From an uncultured Methanosarcinales archaeon (GTDB lineage: Archaea > Nanobdellota > Nanobdellia > Woesearchaeales > CAYNLP01): a stretch of 64,000 nucleotides of DNA. Shown piece by piece: positions 50,238-62,746 of this stretch. Every line of letters starts with the position of its first letter. Position 1 is the stretch's first letter. The stretch spans positions 1-64,000 of the forward strand of contig CAYNLP010000004.1 in the NCBI GenBank assembly GCA_964398115.1. Direction: 5' to 3'. Under the pieces are notes generated by a model that did not search any database, was not told the origin of the DNA, and saw nothing but the letters and a program-made list of their open reading frames with translations. Position numbers and translations under genes: made by a program.

Positions 50238-51992
50238 ATGAGGGATATTGAAGATTACTTTCTAATTGGTGACTTGCATACAGCAGCGCTTGTTTCTAAT
50301 CAGGGTTCAATTGATTGGTTGTGCCTTCCTGACTTTGACAGTCCTAGTGTTTTTGCTAAATTATTAGATAATGGTGGTGGTTGCTTTAGTATACAAGATG
50401 ATAGTGTGATTTGTGGTTATGTTGATGACACGGCTATGGTAGAAACAGTTTTTGAAAATGAGGGAGGGAAATACGCTGTTACCGATTTTATGGTACCTCA
50501 AAGTGAGAGGGAGAGTGACACTCATATTTTGGTACGGAAGTTGAAACCTGTAGAGAACAATCCCCGCGTTGAGTTGGTTTATAGTCCTCAACCTGATTAT
50601 GCTAGGAAAAAACCTGTTTTTCAGGTGAAGGATGATAGGGTTCATTTGGAGATGGAGGAGGGCGAATTATTACTACATTTGCCAGAGGGTTGTGAAGTGA
50701 GAGAAAAAGATAATTCTTTGGTTATTTCTCTAATTTTGCGGGAAGAGATAGTTTTTGGTTTGGAATACATCCATACTATCGCTAGTTATAAGAGGGAAGA
50801 GGATTATGAGGGAGTTACGGAAAGATTCTGGAGAGATTGGGTTGGGAAAGGAGACTTTTCTGATTTTGATAGAGATAAAGTTGTTCGTTCTGCTATCACT
50901 TTAAAGTTGATGCAACATCATGATACTGGTGGTATTGTTGCTGCTCCAACTACTAGTTTACCGGAAGATTTAGGTGGAGTGAGGAATTGGGACTATCGTT
51001 ACGTTTGGATTAGAGATGCTACTTTCATCCTTTACGCTTTTTACATTTTAGGTTATGAAGAGGAAGCTGAAAAATTCTTCGAGTTTATTGAAAGTGCAGC
51101 ATTAGAGGGTGAGAATCTTGATTTGAATTTGATGTATGATATTAAAGGTGGGGAAGTGCCGGAAGAACGTGTTTTAAGTCATTTATCGGGTTATAAAGAT
51201 TCATCTCCCGTAAGGATTGGTAATGGTGCGAAAGATCAATTTCAGCTTGACGTGTACGGTAGCTTAGTTGACGCTTATTATTTCATGCAGAAACGCGGCG
51301 TGGAAATTTCGGAGCGGGGAGTATCTTTTATCAAGAAGTTGGTTAGAAATATTAGGGAAAAGTGGTTGGATAAAGATAGCAGTATTTGGGAATTTCGTGA
51401 TGAAAACCATCACTATACTTATAGTAAGGTTATGGCTTGGGTCGGTGTCCACAGAGCTGTTCAAATGAGTGATAGGTTGGACATTTCTAAAGAGAGGTTG
51501 GAAGAATGGAAGACTCTGGAGAAGGTGATTAAAGATTGGGTTTGGAAAAATTGTTTTGATGGGGTGAGGCTAACGCAACATCCAGGCACGGATTTTCAAG
51601 ATGCTACCAACTTTTTGTTTGTTTTACTTCATTTCTTACATAGGGATGATGAAAGAACTTCGCAAATAATTGATAAGACTTGTGAAGAATTGGTTGAAAA
51701 CGAGGTATTCGTGCATAGATACAAAGTTGATGATAATATTGAAGGGAAGCAAGGAGCTTTTGTTCTTTGTATTTACTGGATGATTGCGGCATTTGCTAGA
51801 CTGGGTAGAGTTGAAGAGGCTAAAAGTGTATTTAAAAGGTTTGAAAGTTATATTCCAGACCATGGATTGATGTCAGAGGAGATTGAGGCTGAAACAGGAA
51901 AGTATAGAGGTAATTATCCCCAAGCTTTCAGCCATCTTGGACATATAATAAGTGCTTATTACCTTGAGAAGTACGGTGAGAAGTTTGGTTAA
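50238..51992 (+). CDS. glycoside hydrolase family 15 (trehalase/glucoamylase-like)
   Basis: IGD..TAALV, AAPTTSLPE..GG.RNWDYRYVWIRD, QLDVYG and GNYPQAFSH motifs. Confidence 0.93.
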   Translation: MRDIEDYFLIGDLHTAALVSNQGSIDWLCLPDFDSPSVFAKLLDNGGGCFSIQDDSVICGYVDDTAMVETVFENEGGKYAVTDFMVPQSERESDTHILVRKLKPVENNPRVELVYSPQPDYARKKPVFQVKDDRVHLEMEEGELLLHLPEGCEVREKDNSLVISLILREEIVFGLEYIHTIASYKREEDYEGVTERFWRDWVGKGDFSDFDRDKVVRSAITLKLMQHHDTGGIVAAPTTSLPEDLGGVRNWDYRYVWIRDATFILYAFYILGYEEEAEKFFEFIESAALEGENLDLNLMYDIKGGEVPEERVLSHLSGYKDSSPVRIGNGAKDQFQLDVYGSLVDAYYFMQKRGVEISERGVSFIKKLVRNIREKWLDKDSSIWEFRDENHHYTYSKVMAWVGVHRAVQMSDRLDISKERLEEWKTLEKVIKDWVWKNCFDGVRLTQHPGTDFQDATNFLFVLLHFLHRDDERTSQIIDKTCEELVENEVFVHRYKVDDNIEGKQGAFVLCIYWMIAAFARLGRVEEAKSVFKRFESYIPDHGLMSEEIEAETGKYRGNYPQAFSHLGHIISAYYLEKYGEKFG

Positions 51993-52042
51993 CGCAAGTT
52001 TTATAAACACTTGAGAAATCTGATTTGAATAAGTGATTAACG

Positions 52043-52744
52043 ATGGATGTCGCGATTTTATACAGTGGTGGGAAAGATTCCACGTACGCTATAGATTACG
52101 CATTGGAGAAAAACTGGAATATTGAATACTTACTGTCTGTAAAGCCTACTAGGACTGATTGTTTCTTATTCCATTATGCGACGGTTGAGAACACGCCTGT
52201 AATGGCTGATCAGCTTGGCTTGGATCACTACCTGCTTGAGTGTGATGTTGCAGATCCAGAGCAAGAAGCTGAGATTGTGAAAGATTTTGTTGAGGAACAC
52301 CCGGTTGACGCTGTAGTTTTGGGTGGTACTGGTTTGCAAGAGACACAGTTGAAGAGTGTGCAAGAAGCTTTGAGACCTTTGAATATTGAGGTTTTCGCTG
52401 CACACGCTGGCTACGATCATGACTTGATCATTGAGGATATGATTGAAGACGGCTATGAATTTATGATTACTCAGATTGCTAGTGATGGATTAGATGAGGA
52501 TTGGCTTGGTACTGTTTTGAACAAGGAGAATTTCAAAGAGTTGAAGAAGAGGGCTGTTAATTATGGTTTCCATATCGGTGGCGAAGGTGGCTACTTTGAT
52601 ACGTTTGTCTTGGATGGTCCGATTTTTGAAGAAAAGGTTAGTGTTGAGAAATTAACTAAGAATATGGAAAGTGAAAACGTGGGTCATGTAGTGATTGATA
52701 AGTTGAAAGTTGGTCAGAAAGTGGTCACTCCGAGCCGCTCATAA
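52043..52744 (+). CDS. dph6: diphthine--ammonia ligase
   Basis: YSGGKDS PP-loop and GEGGYFDTFVLDGP.F. Confidence 0.85.
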   Translation: MDVAILYSGGKDSTYAIDYALEKNWNIEYLLSVKPTRTDCFLFHYATVENTPVMADQLGLDHYLLECDVADPEQEAEIVKDFVEEHPVDAVVLGGTGLQETQLKSVQEALRPLNIEVFAAHAGYDHDLIIEDMIEDGYEFMITQIASDGLDEDWLGTVLNKENFKELKKRAVNYGFHIGGEGGYFDTFVLDGPIFEEKVSVEKLTKNMESENVGHVVIDKLKVGQKVVTPSRS

Positions 52745-53687
52745 TGCTTATCCTGTTTAGGTCGTAGATTTTATCTATTAATTCGATTGTTTTGTCTGTT
52801 AGGCGTCTTACTACTTTCCCGTCGTATTCTTCTTTGAAGTTTTCGCATTGGTTGAAGAGTTTGTGCCTGTTCGCCGCGACTTCGTATTTGGTTTCTTTGT
52901 TGCCTGTGTAGTATCCGCGCATCGTTTTTTTGTAATCATCTATGATTCTTTCTATTATATTTCCGAAGTCTTTCATAGCTTCTCGATCTTCACATTTTGC
53001 AACCATCCTTGCCACTCTTTTTACTAAGTCTCCGATGTTTTCTAGGAAGAAGTTGAATCCCCACAGGCCGAGCATGTCTTGTGCGAGGACGCCTTGTTTG
53101 CTTCGGCCGTGGGAGATGTTTCTGTTAAGGGCGCGGAATATTAGAAATGTCATTTTGTTCACGTCGTCATCTCTTTGAGTGATGTGATCGCTTATCTCTA
53201 CTGCTTCTATCACAGGCTTTTGTGTGATTTCTTTCAGGTCTTCAAACATGCTTGTGACTATGTGATCTGTTTTTCTTAATATGCTTTTCATATCAACTTC
53301 GTCAGTGTTTAAGAAAGATTTTACTACTATGCTTTTTGTGTTTTGTTCTACGATTTCCATTGCTACGAGTCTTTCTAGGACTTCTTTGATTTGTTGTGTT
53401 TTTCCTGCTAGGTTTTCTCCTTGTATTCTTATGGTGTCGGCGTTGTTTACGTAGGCGCTGTCTATTTTTCTTTTTATGAGTTCTAGTCCGTGGCCGTCTA
53501 CGTTGATGGTTTTTTCTACTTTTTGTTTTTTAGAACCTACTTCTTGTGGGTGTAAGGTGATGTCTGATCCGTTCACGTCTAGATATACTGTGTCTCCTTT
53601 TTCTAGGCCCTGGTCTTCTAGCCAGTCTTTCGGTAATGAAACAACGTAGCTGGAGTTTCCAAAGCTGATTAGTTTACGATACTCCAT
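52725..53687 (-). CDS. AbrB/PhoU-domain phosphate uptake regulator
   Basis: RKL...G.SSY.VSLPK.W AbrB N-terminus and PhoU-like helical body (RDDDVNK, ENIGD). Confidence 0.85.
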   Translation of the reverse strand: MEYRKLISFGNSSYVVSLPKDWLEDQGLEKGDTVYLDVNGSDITLHPQEVGSKKQKVEKTINVDGHGLELIKRKIDSAYVNNADTIRIQGENLAGKTQQIKEVLERLVAMEIVEQNTKSIVVKSFLNTDEVDMKSILRKTDHIVTSMFEDLKEITQKPVIEAVEISDHITQRDDDVNKMTFLIFRALNRNISHGRSKQGVLAQDMLGLWGFNFFLENIGDLVKRVARMVAKCEDREAMKDFGNIIERIIDDYKKTMRGYYTGNKETKYEVAANRHKLFNQCENFKEEYDGKVVRRLTDKTIELIDKIYDLNRISIMSGSE

Positions 53688-53885
53688 GTTTTACCCCCTA
53701 TTTGTATCCAGCTAAAACTGGAAACATCATACTTTGTATTATGTTGTTAATCTTTTATATATTTGCCTCAAATAAAAAATATATTATATATACCAAGTTT
53801 TGTATATAATGTTTATACATTTTAAGCCTAACTTATTTAACTTTAAGGAAAGTATTTCTATTAGTACTCATGGGGGTGAATGGGT

Positions 53886-54017
53886 ATGCGAAAAAGACAA
53901 ATTTTAGAGTCAAGAGACAGCGACGCGATAGACAACGCAGAAGCTGGATTTGAAATGGGATACAACGGCTACTTCGACATTGACGAAGGAGCAGAACTCG
54001 CAGAGGAGGAAGTATGA
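53886..54017 (+). CDS. small acidic protein (43 aa)
   Basis: SD GGGGGTGA, then MRKRQILESRDSDAIDNAEAGFEMGYNGYFDIDEGAELAEEEV*. Confidence 0.55.
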   Translation: MRKRQILESRDSDAIDNAEAGFEMGYNGYFDIDEGAELAEEEV

Positions 54018-54157
54018 TGACAATTGAAGAAGAGATTGAAATGGACCTAGTTGAAGACGAATTAGACTACCTTGAAAACGAATCATTAGCGCACCAAGGA
54101 ATTGATTTGAAAGAAGAACTTTTCATCAAAAAGCGCTTGGCAAAAGCCCAAGGATAA
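54014..54157 (+). CDS. small acidic protein (47 aa)
   Basis: ATGA overlap with the previous ORF, SD GAGGAGG. MMTIEEEIEMDLVEDELDYLENESLAHQGIDLKEELFIKKRLAKAQG*. Confidence 0.5.
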   Translation: MMTIEEEIEMDLVEDELDYLENESLAHQGIDLKEELFIKKRLAKAQG

Positions 54158-54207
54158 AATTTTCTTTTCTTCCATTATAAATAGCGAAAATCTTTCTTCA
54201 CAGAAAC

Positions 54208-54233
54208 AATTATTTTCTATATTGAAAAGAAAT
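54208..54233 (+). repeat. dispersed AT-rich quasi-palindrome, copy 5
   Basis: AATTATTTTCTATATTGAAAAGAAAT, first 18 bp identical to copy 4. Confidence 0.65.
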
Positions 54234-54300
54234 CCGTTCTGCAAAACACTTATAAACTTATTCTCCGTCCAAAAAAATGGGTATATCAGGGAGTAAATAA

Positions 54301-57555
<3,255 letters not shown>

Positions 57556-58011
57556 TTATTCTAGGTAAAGCTCTGCTTTCTTTGGATCGTATTTCCAATC
57601 AGCTGGTAACTTACCAGTCTGTTTGTAGTGCTTGGCGAGTCTGAGAATCTTACTTTCGGTAAGTTGTAATCCTCGCTTTGCAGAAGTGTCGTTAGGGTGT
57701 TCTTCTAAATGATTTTCTATCCTAACTCTTTTCTTGATAAGTGCCATTAAATCTTCAGGGATTTCATGATCTAAGTCTTTTTCTTCGAGGATTTCCGTAA
57801 TTTTTTTACCTGTTATTTCTTTGACATCGGGAATTCCGTATTGGTCTCGAAGATGCATTCCTATCTCACTTGGATGCATTCCTTCTTTTGCGTACTTTGC
57901 TACTAGCATTTCTACTTCGTTGGGTTCGTAACTAACCCAGCTCGGAATTTCTTTCTTGCTTGGCTTGGTACTTCCTGATTGTCCTTTATCTCGACTATGT
58001 ATTCGTGCCAT
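57556..58011 (-). CDS. rps15: 30S ribosomal protein uS15 (S13e-type)
   Basis: MARIHSR..G.SGS.KP, LRDQYGIP, IPEDL and ESKI.RL..Y motifs. Confidence 0.96.
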   Translation of the reverse strand: MARIHSRDKGQSGSTKPSKKEIPSWVSYEPNEVEMLVAKYAKEGMHPSEIGMHLRDQYGIPDVKEITGKKITEILEEKDLDHEIPEDLMALIKKRVRIENHLEEHPNDTSAKRGLQLTESKILRLAKHYKQTGKLPADWKYDPKKAELYLE

Positions 58012-58131
58012 AAATTTTTACCTCCAAATGTGTTTCCGAGAACAAAAGAGTCTCGGTCTAACCCAGTTCTCACCAGGTCATCCTAGAAATAAGGAATGAT
58101 TGGTTTGTTTAAAAAAGTTACTAATTTTAAT

Positions 58132-58404
58132 TTACCACCAGTAGTAGTAACCACTTCGGTAGTATGGTCGGTTGTAACTCCTATAATAACTTCGGTAATG
58201 CCTCCTGTAATTATAGCCATCGTAGAATCCGTGGCCGTACCCTACTCTATAACCTCGGTGGTAATCATATCTGTCATGGTAGCTTCTGTCGTAATCATAA
58301 TAATCTCTATAACTTCTGTCATAGTAGTGGTAAGCGTTGGCACTAGCTACTGACATCAAAGTGACAAGTACTAAGAGTAACATTGTAGTTAATTTCTTCA
58401 TCAT
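58132..58404 (-). CDS. small secreted Tyr/Arg-rich protein
   Basis: Signal peptide ending ANA, low-complexity Y/R/D/H/G mature part, SD-like GAGGGGGT upstream. Confidence 0.7.
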   Translation of the reverse strand: MMKKLTTMLLLVLVTLMSVASANAYHYYDRSYRDYYDYDRSYHDRYDYHRGYRVGYGHGFYDGYNYRRHYRSYYRSYNRPYYRSGYYYWW

Positions 58405-58530
58405 CGAAACCCCCTCTAATTTGATATTTCACTATCTTACAATGAACACTTATTTTTATGTCTTTCTATTAACCTCTGGTTATAAGGTAAAGCTAAACAT
58501 TTATATAACCAGATTAAATTCCAAACAAGC

Positions 58531-59478
58531 ATGGGAGAAGAACTATACGACATAATAATAGTAGGGGCTGGATGTACAGGCTTCGGAGCCGCGATGTATT
58601 GCGGAAGGTTCGATATGAAAACGCTTGTTCTAGGAGATGAAATCGGAGGTACGATCATAACCACAAACGTGGTAGAAAATTACCCTGGTTTCAAACATTT
58701 AACAGGTTATGAACTTGCAGAAAAATTGAAAGAACACGCTCTCGATTACGATATAGATTTGAAAGAAGAAAAAGTAACAGAGATAGATAAAAAAGAAAAC
58801 GGAGCCTTCAAGGTAGAAAGTAGTGAAGACACGTACAAAGCCAAAACCGTACTCTTCGCAACCGGAACAGAATGGAGAAAGCTAGACGTGCCAGGAGAAG
58901 AAAAATATTCTAACAACGGCGTTCATTACTGCGCCACCTGCGATGGATTCGCATACAAAGATAAAAAAATCGGCGTTGTAGGAGGAAGTGACAGTGCAGC
59001 GAAAGAAGCACTTCTCCTAACACAATACGGAAAGAAAGTATACATAATATATAGAGGAGATGAAATTCATCCTGAACCCATAAACATGGATCGAGTACAA
59101 GACAAGATTGAAGATGGAGAGATTGAAATCATCAACCATACTAATGTGACCAAAATCAAAGGTGACGGGGAAGTCATGACCCACGTAATTTTAGATAATG
59201 AATATGAGGGAAGTAAAGAATTTGAACTTGACGGACTGTTCATCGAGATAGGACATATACCATTAACTAAACTAGCGGAAGACCTTGGTGTGGAAACAGA
59301 TGAAAAAGGGTATATCAAGATAGACCGTAATTCTGAAACCAACGTTGAGGGAGTATACGCTGCAGGAGATTGTGCAGATACTGACTTTAAACAAGCTATC
59401 GTGGGAGTGGCGGAAGGAACCTTAGCGAGTTATCAAGCATATCAGTATGTGAAGCAGAAAGAAATCAAGCCAATGTAA
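58531..59478 (+). CDS. trxB: thioredoxin reductase
   Basis: VENYPG, CATCDG, GGSDSA and YAAGD motifs. Confidence 0.93.
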   Translation: MGEELYDIIIVGAGCTGFGAAMYCGRFDMKTLVLGDEIGGTIITTNVVENYPGFKHLTGYELAEKLKEHALDYDIDLKEEKVTEIDKKENGAFKVESSEDTYKAKTVLFATGTEWRKLDVPGEEKYSNNGVHYCATCDGFAYKDKKIGVVGGSDSAAKEALLLTQYGKKVYIIYRGDEIHPEPINMDRVQDKIEDGEIEIINHTNVTKIKGDGEVMTHVILDNEYEGSKEFELDGLFIEIGHIPLTKLAEDLGVETDEKGYIKIDRNSETNVEGVYAAGDCADTDFKQAIVGVAEGTLASYQAYQYVKQKEIKPM

Positions 59479-59480
59479 AT

Positions 59481-60767
59481 TTATGTTGGAGTTATTTTTT
59501 CTTGCCCACCCATGTAAGGACGCAAAGCCTCGGGGATGGTAACGCTACCGTCTTTGTTCTGATAATTTTCCAGAATACCTACCATCGTCCTTGAAGTGGC
59601 GACTGCGGTGCTGTTTAAAGTATGAATTAAACTATGACCGCCGCTTTCATCTTCGTACTTAATGTTCAACCTTCGGCTTTGATAATCAGTACAGTTACTA
59701 CAACTAACAACTTCATTATATTCTTCTTGTCGAGGACTCCACACTTCTAAATCGTATTTTTTACTTGCTATTTGTCCCAAGTCCCCCGTGCACACATTAA
59801 CTACTTGGTACGGTAGTTCCAATTCTTTATGAACTTCCTCCGCGACTTTTATCAATTCTTCATGCCAATCCCAACTGTTTTCTGGCTTGCAAAAAACTGC
59901 CATTTCTACCTTGTTGAACTGATGAGTTCTAAACAAGCCTTTTTCATCAATGTTGTGCGTACCTACTTCTTTCCTGAAACACATACTATAACTGGAATGT
60001 TTGACAGGGAGTTCCTTCCTCTGCAATACTTCATCTGCGAATTGCGCCATTAGAGGATGCTCACTAGTTGCAATCATGTGCAAGTCTTCATCCTCAATTT
60101 TGTAAAGGACGTCGTCGAAAGCGTCTAGGTCTGTAACGCCTTCATAATGTTCTCTTCTCATCATTAAAGGCGTTTCAACATACGTGTAACCTTTCTCTTG
60201 TACCTTGTCTAAGGCGAATTGTATAAGTGCTTGGTTCAACCTTGCTAAGTCTCCGTAAAGATAGTAGAAACCATGACCTGCTATTTTTGCACTTCTTTCG
60301 AAATCAGCACATCCCAGGTCTTCCGCGACTTCCCCGTGAGGTTTCATCCAATCCTTTTTTTCTTTCGGATCTCCCCACTTCCTCACTGTTTGATTATCAG
60401 AATCATCTTCACCGTAGGGAACGCTTTCATGCATCATGTTAGGAATTTTCTTTAAGATTTCGTCGCGTTCATCCTTGACTTCTTCCATCTTTTTCTCTGC
60501 TGCTTCTAATTCATCGTCTACTTTCTTTGATTTCTTGATAAACTTTTGAGCTTTTTCTTTCTCTCCTTCTTTCATTAACTCGTTTACCTTTTCGCTGTAC
60601 TTGTTCTTGTCATGACGCATTTCATCCACTTTTTTCTTTAAGTTTCTCCACTTGTCATCTTTTTCTTTTAGACTGTCGAACAAGTTTAGAAGTCTGTCTT
60701 CTTTACGCCGTTCTAGGTTTTCTCTAACCTTTTCTGGTTTTTTCCTAACTAGTTCTATATTTATCAT
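59481..60767 (-). CDS. serS: serine--tRNA ligase
   Basis: ATSEHP, FRKE.G, GLFRTHQF.KVE, EVVSCSNCTDYQSRRL and HTLNST motifs. Confidence 0.96.
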   Translation of the reverse strand: MINIELVRKKPEKVRENLERRKEDRLLNLFDSLKEKDDKWRNLKKKVDEMRHDKNKYSEKVNELMKEGEKEKAQKFIKKSKKVDDELEAAEKKMEEVKDERDEILKKIPNMMHESVPYGEDDSDNQTVRKWGDPKEKKDWMKPHGEVAEDLGCADFERSAKIAGHGFYYLYGDLARLNQALIQFALDKVQEKGYTYVETPLMMRREHYEGVTDLDAFDDVLYKIEDEDLHMIATSEHPLMAQFADEVLQRKELPVKHSSYSMCFRKEVGTHNIDEKGLFRTHQFNKVEMAVFCKPENSWDWHEELIKVAEEVHKELELPYQVVNVCTGDLGQIASKKYDLEVWSPRQEEYNEVVSCSNCTDYQSRRLNIKYEDESGGHSLIHTLNSTAVATSRTMVGILENYQNKDGSVTIPEALRPYMGGQEKITPT

Positions 60768-60805
60768 GCCGTGTTTAGAAAGAAGAGTGTTGTTGTATTT
60801 AAACT

Positions 60806-62047
60806 TTATTCGTCTTCTTGGATTATTCCGTGCCCTATCAACCTAAACCTGGGTCCAATCCTTCGAGAGATTGTTATTCTAGAATTGGGTTCTGCACATA
60901 CTGGTTTTTTCAACTTGCATTTGAATTGGTTCTTGCTTATATCTGTTACTACTCCTACTGTCGCGGCCGAGTTAACATTTAGCATTAACGGCTCTCCTTT
61001 CTTTATGGTTTCAACCTCAATATCCTCCTCGGTACCAACGACCTTGTCCAAGAGATGAGTTTCTACTTTCATATTGTACCAAATCTTCGGTAGCTTGTCT
61101 GGCTTTCCAACCATGTTTCCAACTAGTGAATCTGCGCCTACAACTCCAGGGTCTAGTTCCGTCATCACACCTACGCTACCACCAGGTGTGACTTTGTCCA
61201 CTTGCTGTTCTCCTTTCATCAAGCCTGTGATTTTAGTTTTGTATGGCTTGGCGACTGTTTGGTTTTGTTCTTCAACCACTCTGCCAGGACGGATTTCAAC
61301 CTCGTCGCCAACTTCTAACTTGCCTTGAATCACTGCTCCTCCAAGGATTCCGCCTTGTAGCTCGTTTAGGCGGCTGCCTGGCTTGTTAATATCGAAGCTT
61401 CTTGCGATGTGCATGATCGGGTCGGCTTCTTCATCTCTTTCCGGCGTAGGGATGTTTTCTTCAATGCTTTCAATTAACGGGCTTATGTTCACGCCGTGTT
61501 GTGCACTCACTGGTATTATTGGAGCGTCTTCATAATCAGTTCCTTTCAGGAATTCTTGTATTTGTTCGTAGTTCCTTATAGCTCTTTCTTTATCAACTAA
61601 GTCAATCTTGTTCTGAACCACTACTACGTTTTCGATACCGCTGATTTGTAACGCCATTAAGTGTTCTCTAGTTTGTGGTTGTGGACAATTTTCGTTCGCC
61701 GCAATTATCAATATAGCGCCGTCCATTATGGTTGCGCCTGCGAGCATTGTTGCCATAAGGCTTTCGTGTCCTGGCGCGTCTACAAAGCTTATAGTCCTGA
61801 CAGGTTCTGTTTTCCCTCCGCATTCACATTCTTCATGTGGAGTGTATTTATCACATTCCTCGCATTTTCGGAAAGTAGCGTCTGCATAGCCAAGCCTTAT
61901 AGTAATTCCTCTTTTTAGCTCTTCAGAATGAGTGTCTGCCCACTTCCCGCTCAATCGTTGTACGAGGGTGGTTTTTCCATGATCGACATGTCCTACAAGT
62001 CCAATGTTAACCTCTGGTGTTCCCACTATTTCTGGTTCATCTGACAT
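60806..62047 (-). CDS. eif2g: translation initiation factor 2 gamma subunit
   Basis: GHVDHGKTT, EELKRGITIRLGYA, DAPGHE, PQPQTREH and RLIGHG motifs. Confidence 0.96.
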   Translation of the reverse strand: MSDEPEIVGTPEVNIGLVGHVDHGKTTLVQRLSGKWADTHSEELKRGITIRLGYADATFRKCEECDKYTPHEECECGGKTEPVRTISFVDAPGHESLMATMLAGATIMDGAILIIAANENCPQPQTREHLMALQISGIENVVVVQNKIDLVDKERAIRNYEQIQEFLKGTDYEDAPIIPVSAQHGVNISPLIESIEENIPTPERDEEADPIMHIARSFDINKPGSRLNELQGGILGGAVIQGKLEVGDEVEIRPGRVVEEQNQTVAKPYKTKITGLMKGEQQVDKVTPGGSVGVMTELDPGVVGADSLVGNMVGKPDKLPKIWYNMKVETHLLDKVVGTEEDIEVETIKKGEPLMLNVNSAATVGVVTDISKNQFKCKLKKPVCAEPNSRITISRRIGPRFRLIGHGIIQEDE

Positions 62048-62129
62048 GTTTAAGTCGAAAGAACAGACAGTTTATAAAAGTTGTTGCCTAGACAGTAACT
62101 TATTTAAAGGACCGATTTTTCCCAATCAG

Positions 62130-62732
62130 ATGATGCCAGAAATCAAAGCTTTCAATAAATGGGATTGTTCAGACATTCAGGTAGAAGATCCTGGATTGAA
62201 AGATTATATAAATTTAGAGCCTCGAATCGTGCCAAAGACAGGTGCGAAATACGCAGGTAACAGGTTCCATAAATCCGATACTTTCATAGTTGAAAGATTA
62301 ATCAATAAGGTAATGGTTCCTGGTCACAAGAGCAAGAAGCACTTGATAACTTCTGGACATATCACTGGAAAAGCTAGCCACGCTTATCAAATAGTTAAGG
62401 ATACTTTGGAAAAGATTGAAAACGAGTTGGATGAAAATCCGATTAAAGTTTTGGTCAAAGCAATTGAAAACAGTGCTCCAAGAGATGAAATAATCACTGT
62501 TGAATACGCTGGTGCTAGATATCCAAAAGCTGTGGAGATGGCTCCGCAGAGAAGAGTTGACTACGCTTTGAGACAGTTTGTCCAAGGTAGCTACCGAACT
62601 TGTTTCAGAAGTAAGACGAGTATTAAAGACGCCTTAGCAAGTGAAATCATAAACGCTTATCGAGCTGATACTGACTCTGTCGCGATTGCCAAGAAAAAAG
62701 AATTAGAAAGACAAGCTGACAGTTCTAGATAA
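62130..62732 (+). CDS. rps7: 30S ribosomal protein uS7
   Basis: DPGLKDYINL, IVERLIN, NP..VLV.AIEN.APR and KK.ELERQA.SSR motifs. Confidence 0.95.
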   Translation: MMPEIKAFNKWDCSDIQVEDPGLKDYINLEPRIVPKTGAKYAGNRFHKSDTFIVERLINKVMVPGHKSKKHLITSGHITGKASHAYQIVKDTLEKIENELDENPIKVLVKAIENSAPRDEIITVEYAGARYPKAVEMAPQRRVDYALRQFVQGSYRTCFRSKTSIKDALASEIINAYRADTDSVAIAKKKELERQADSSR

Positions 62733-62746
62733 AAAACATTATTTTT

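Noticed and set aside
53706..53726. ORB-like CTGGAAAC
   Set aside because: Single short match with no G-string and no adjacent orc1/cdc6. Not enough to call a canonical origin.
809..54233. CRISPR array or MITE interpretation of the 30-bp repeat
   Set aside because: The copies are kilobases apart, with no spacers, cas genes, target-site duplications or transposase.
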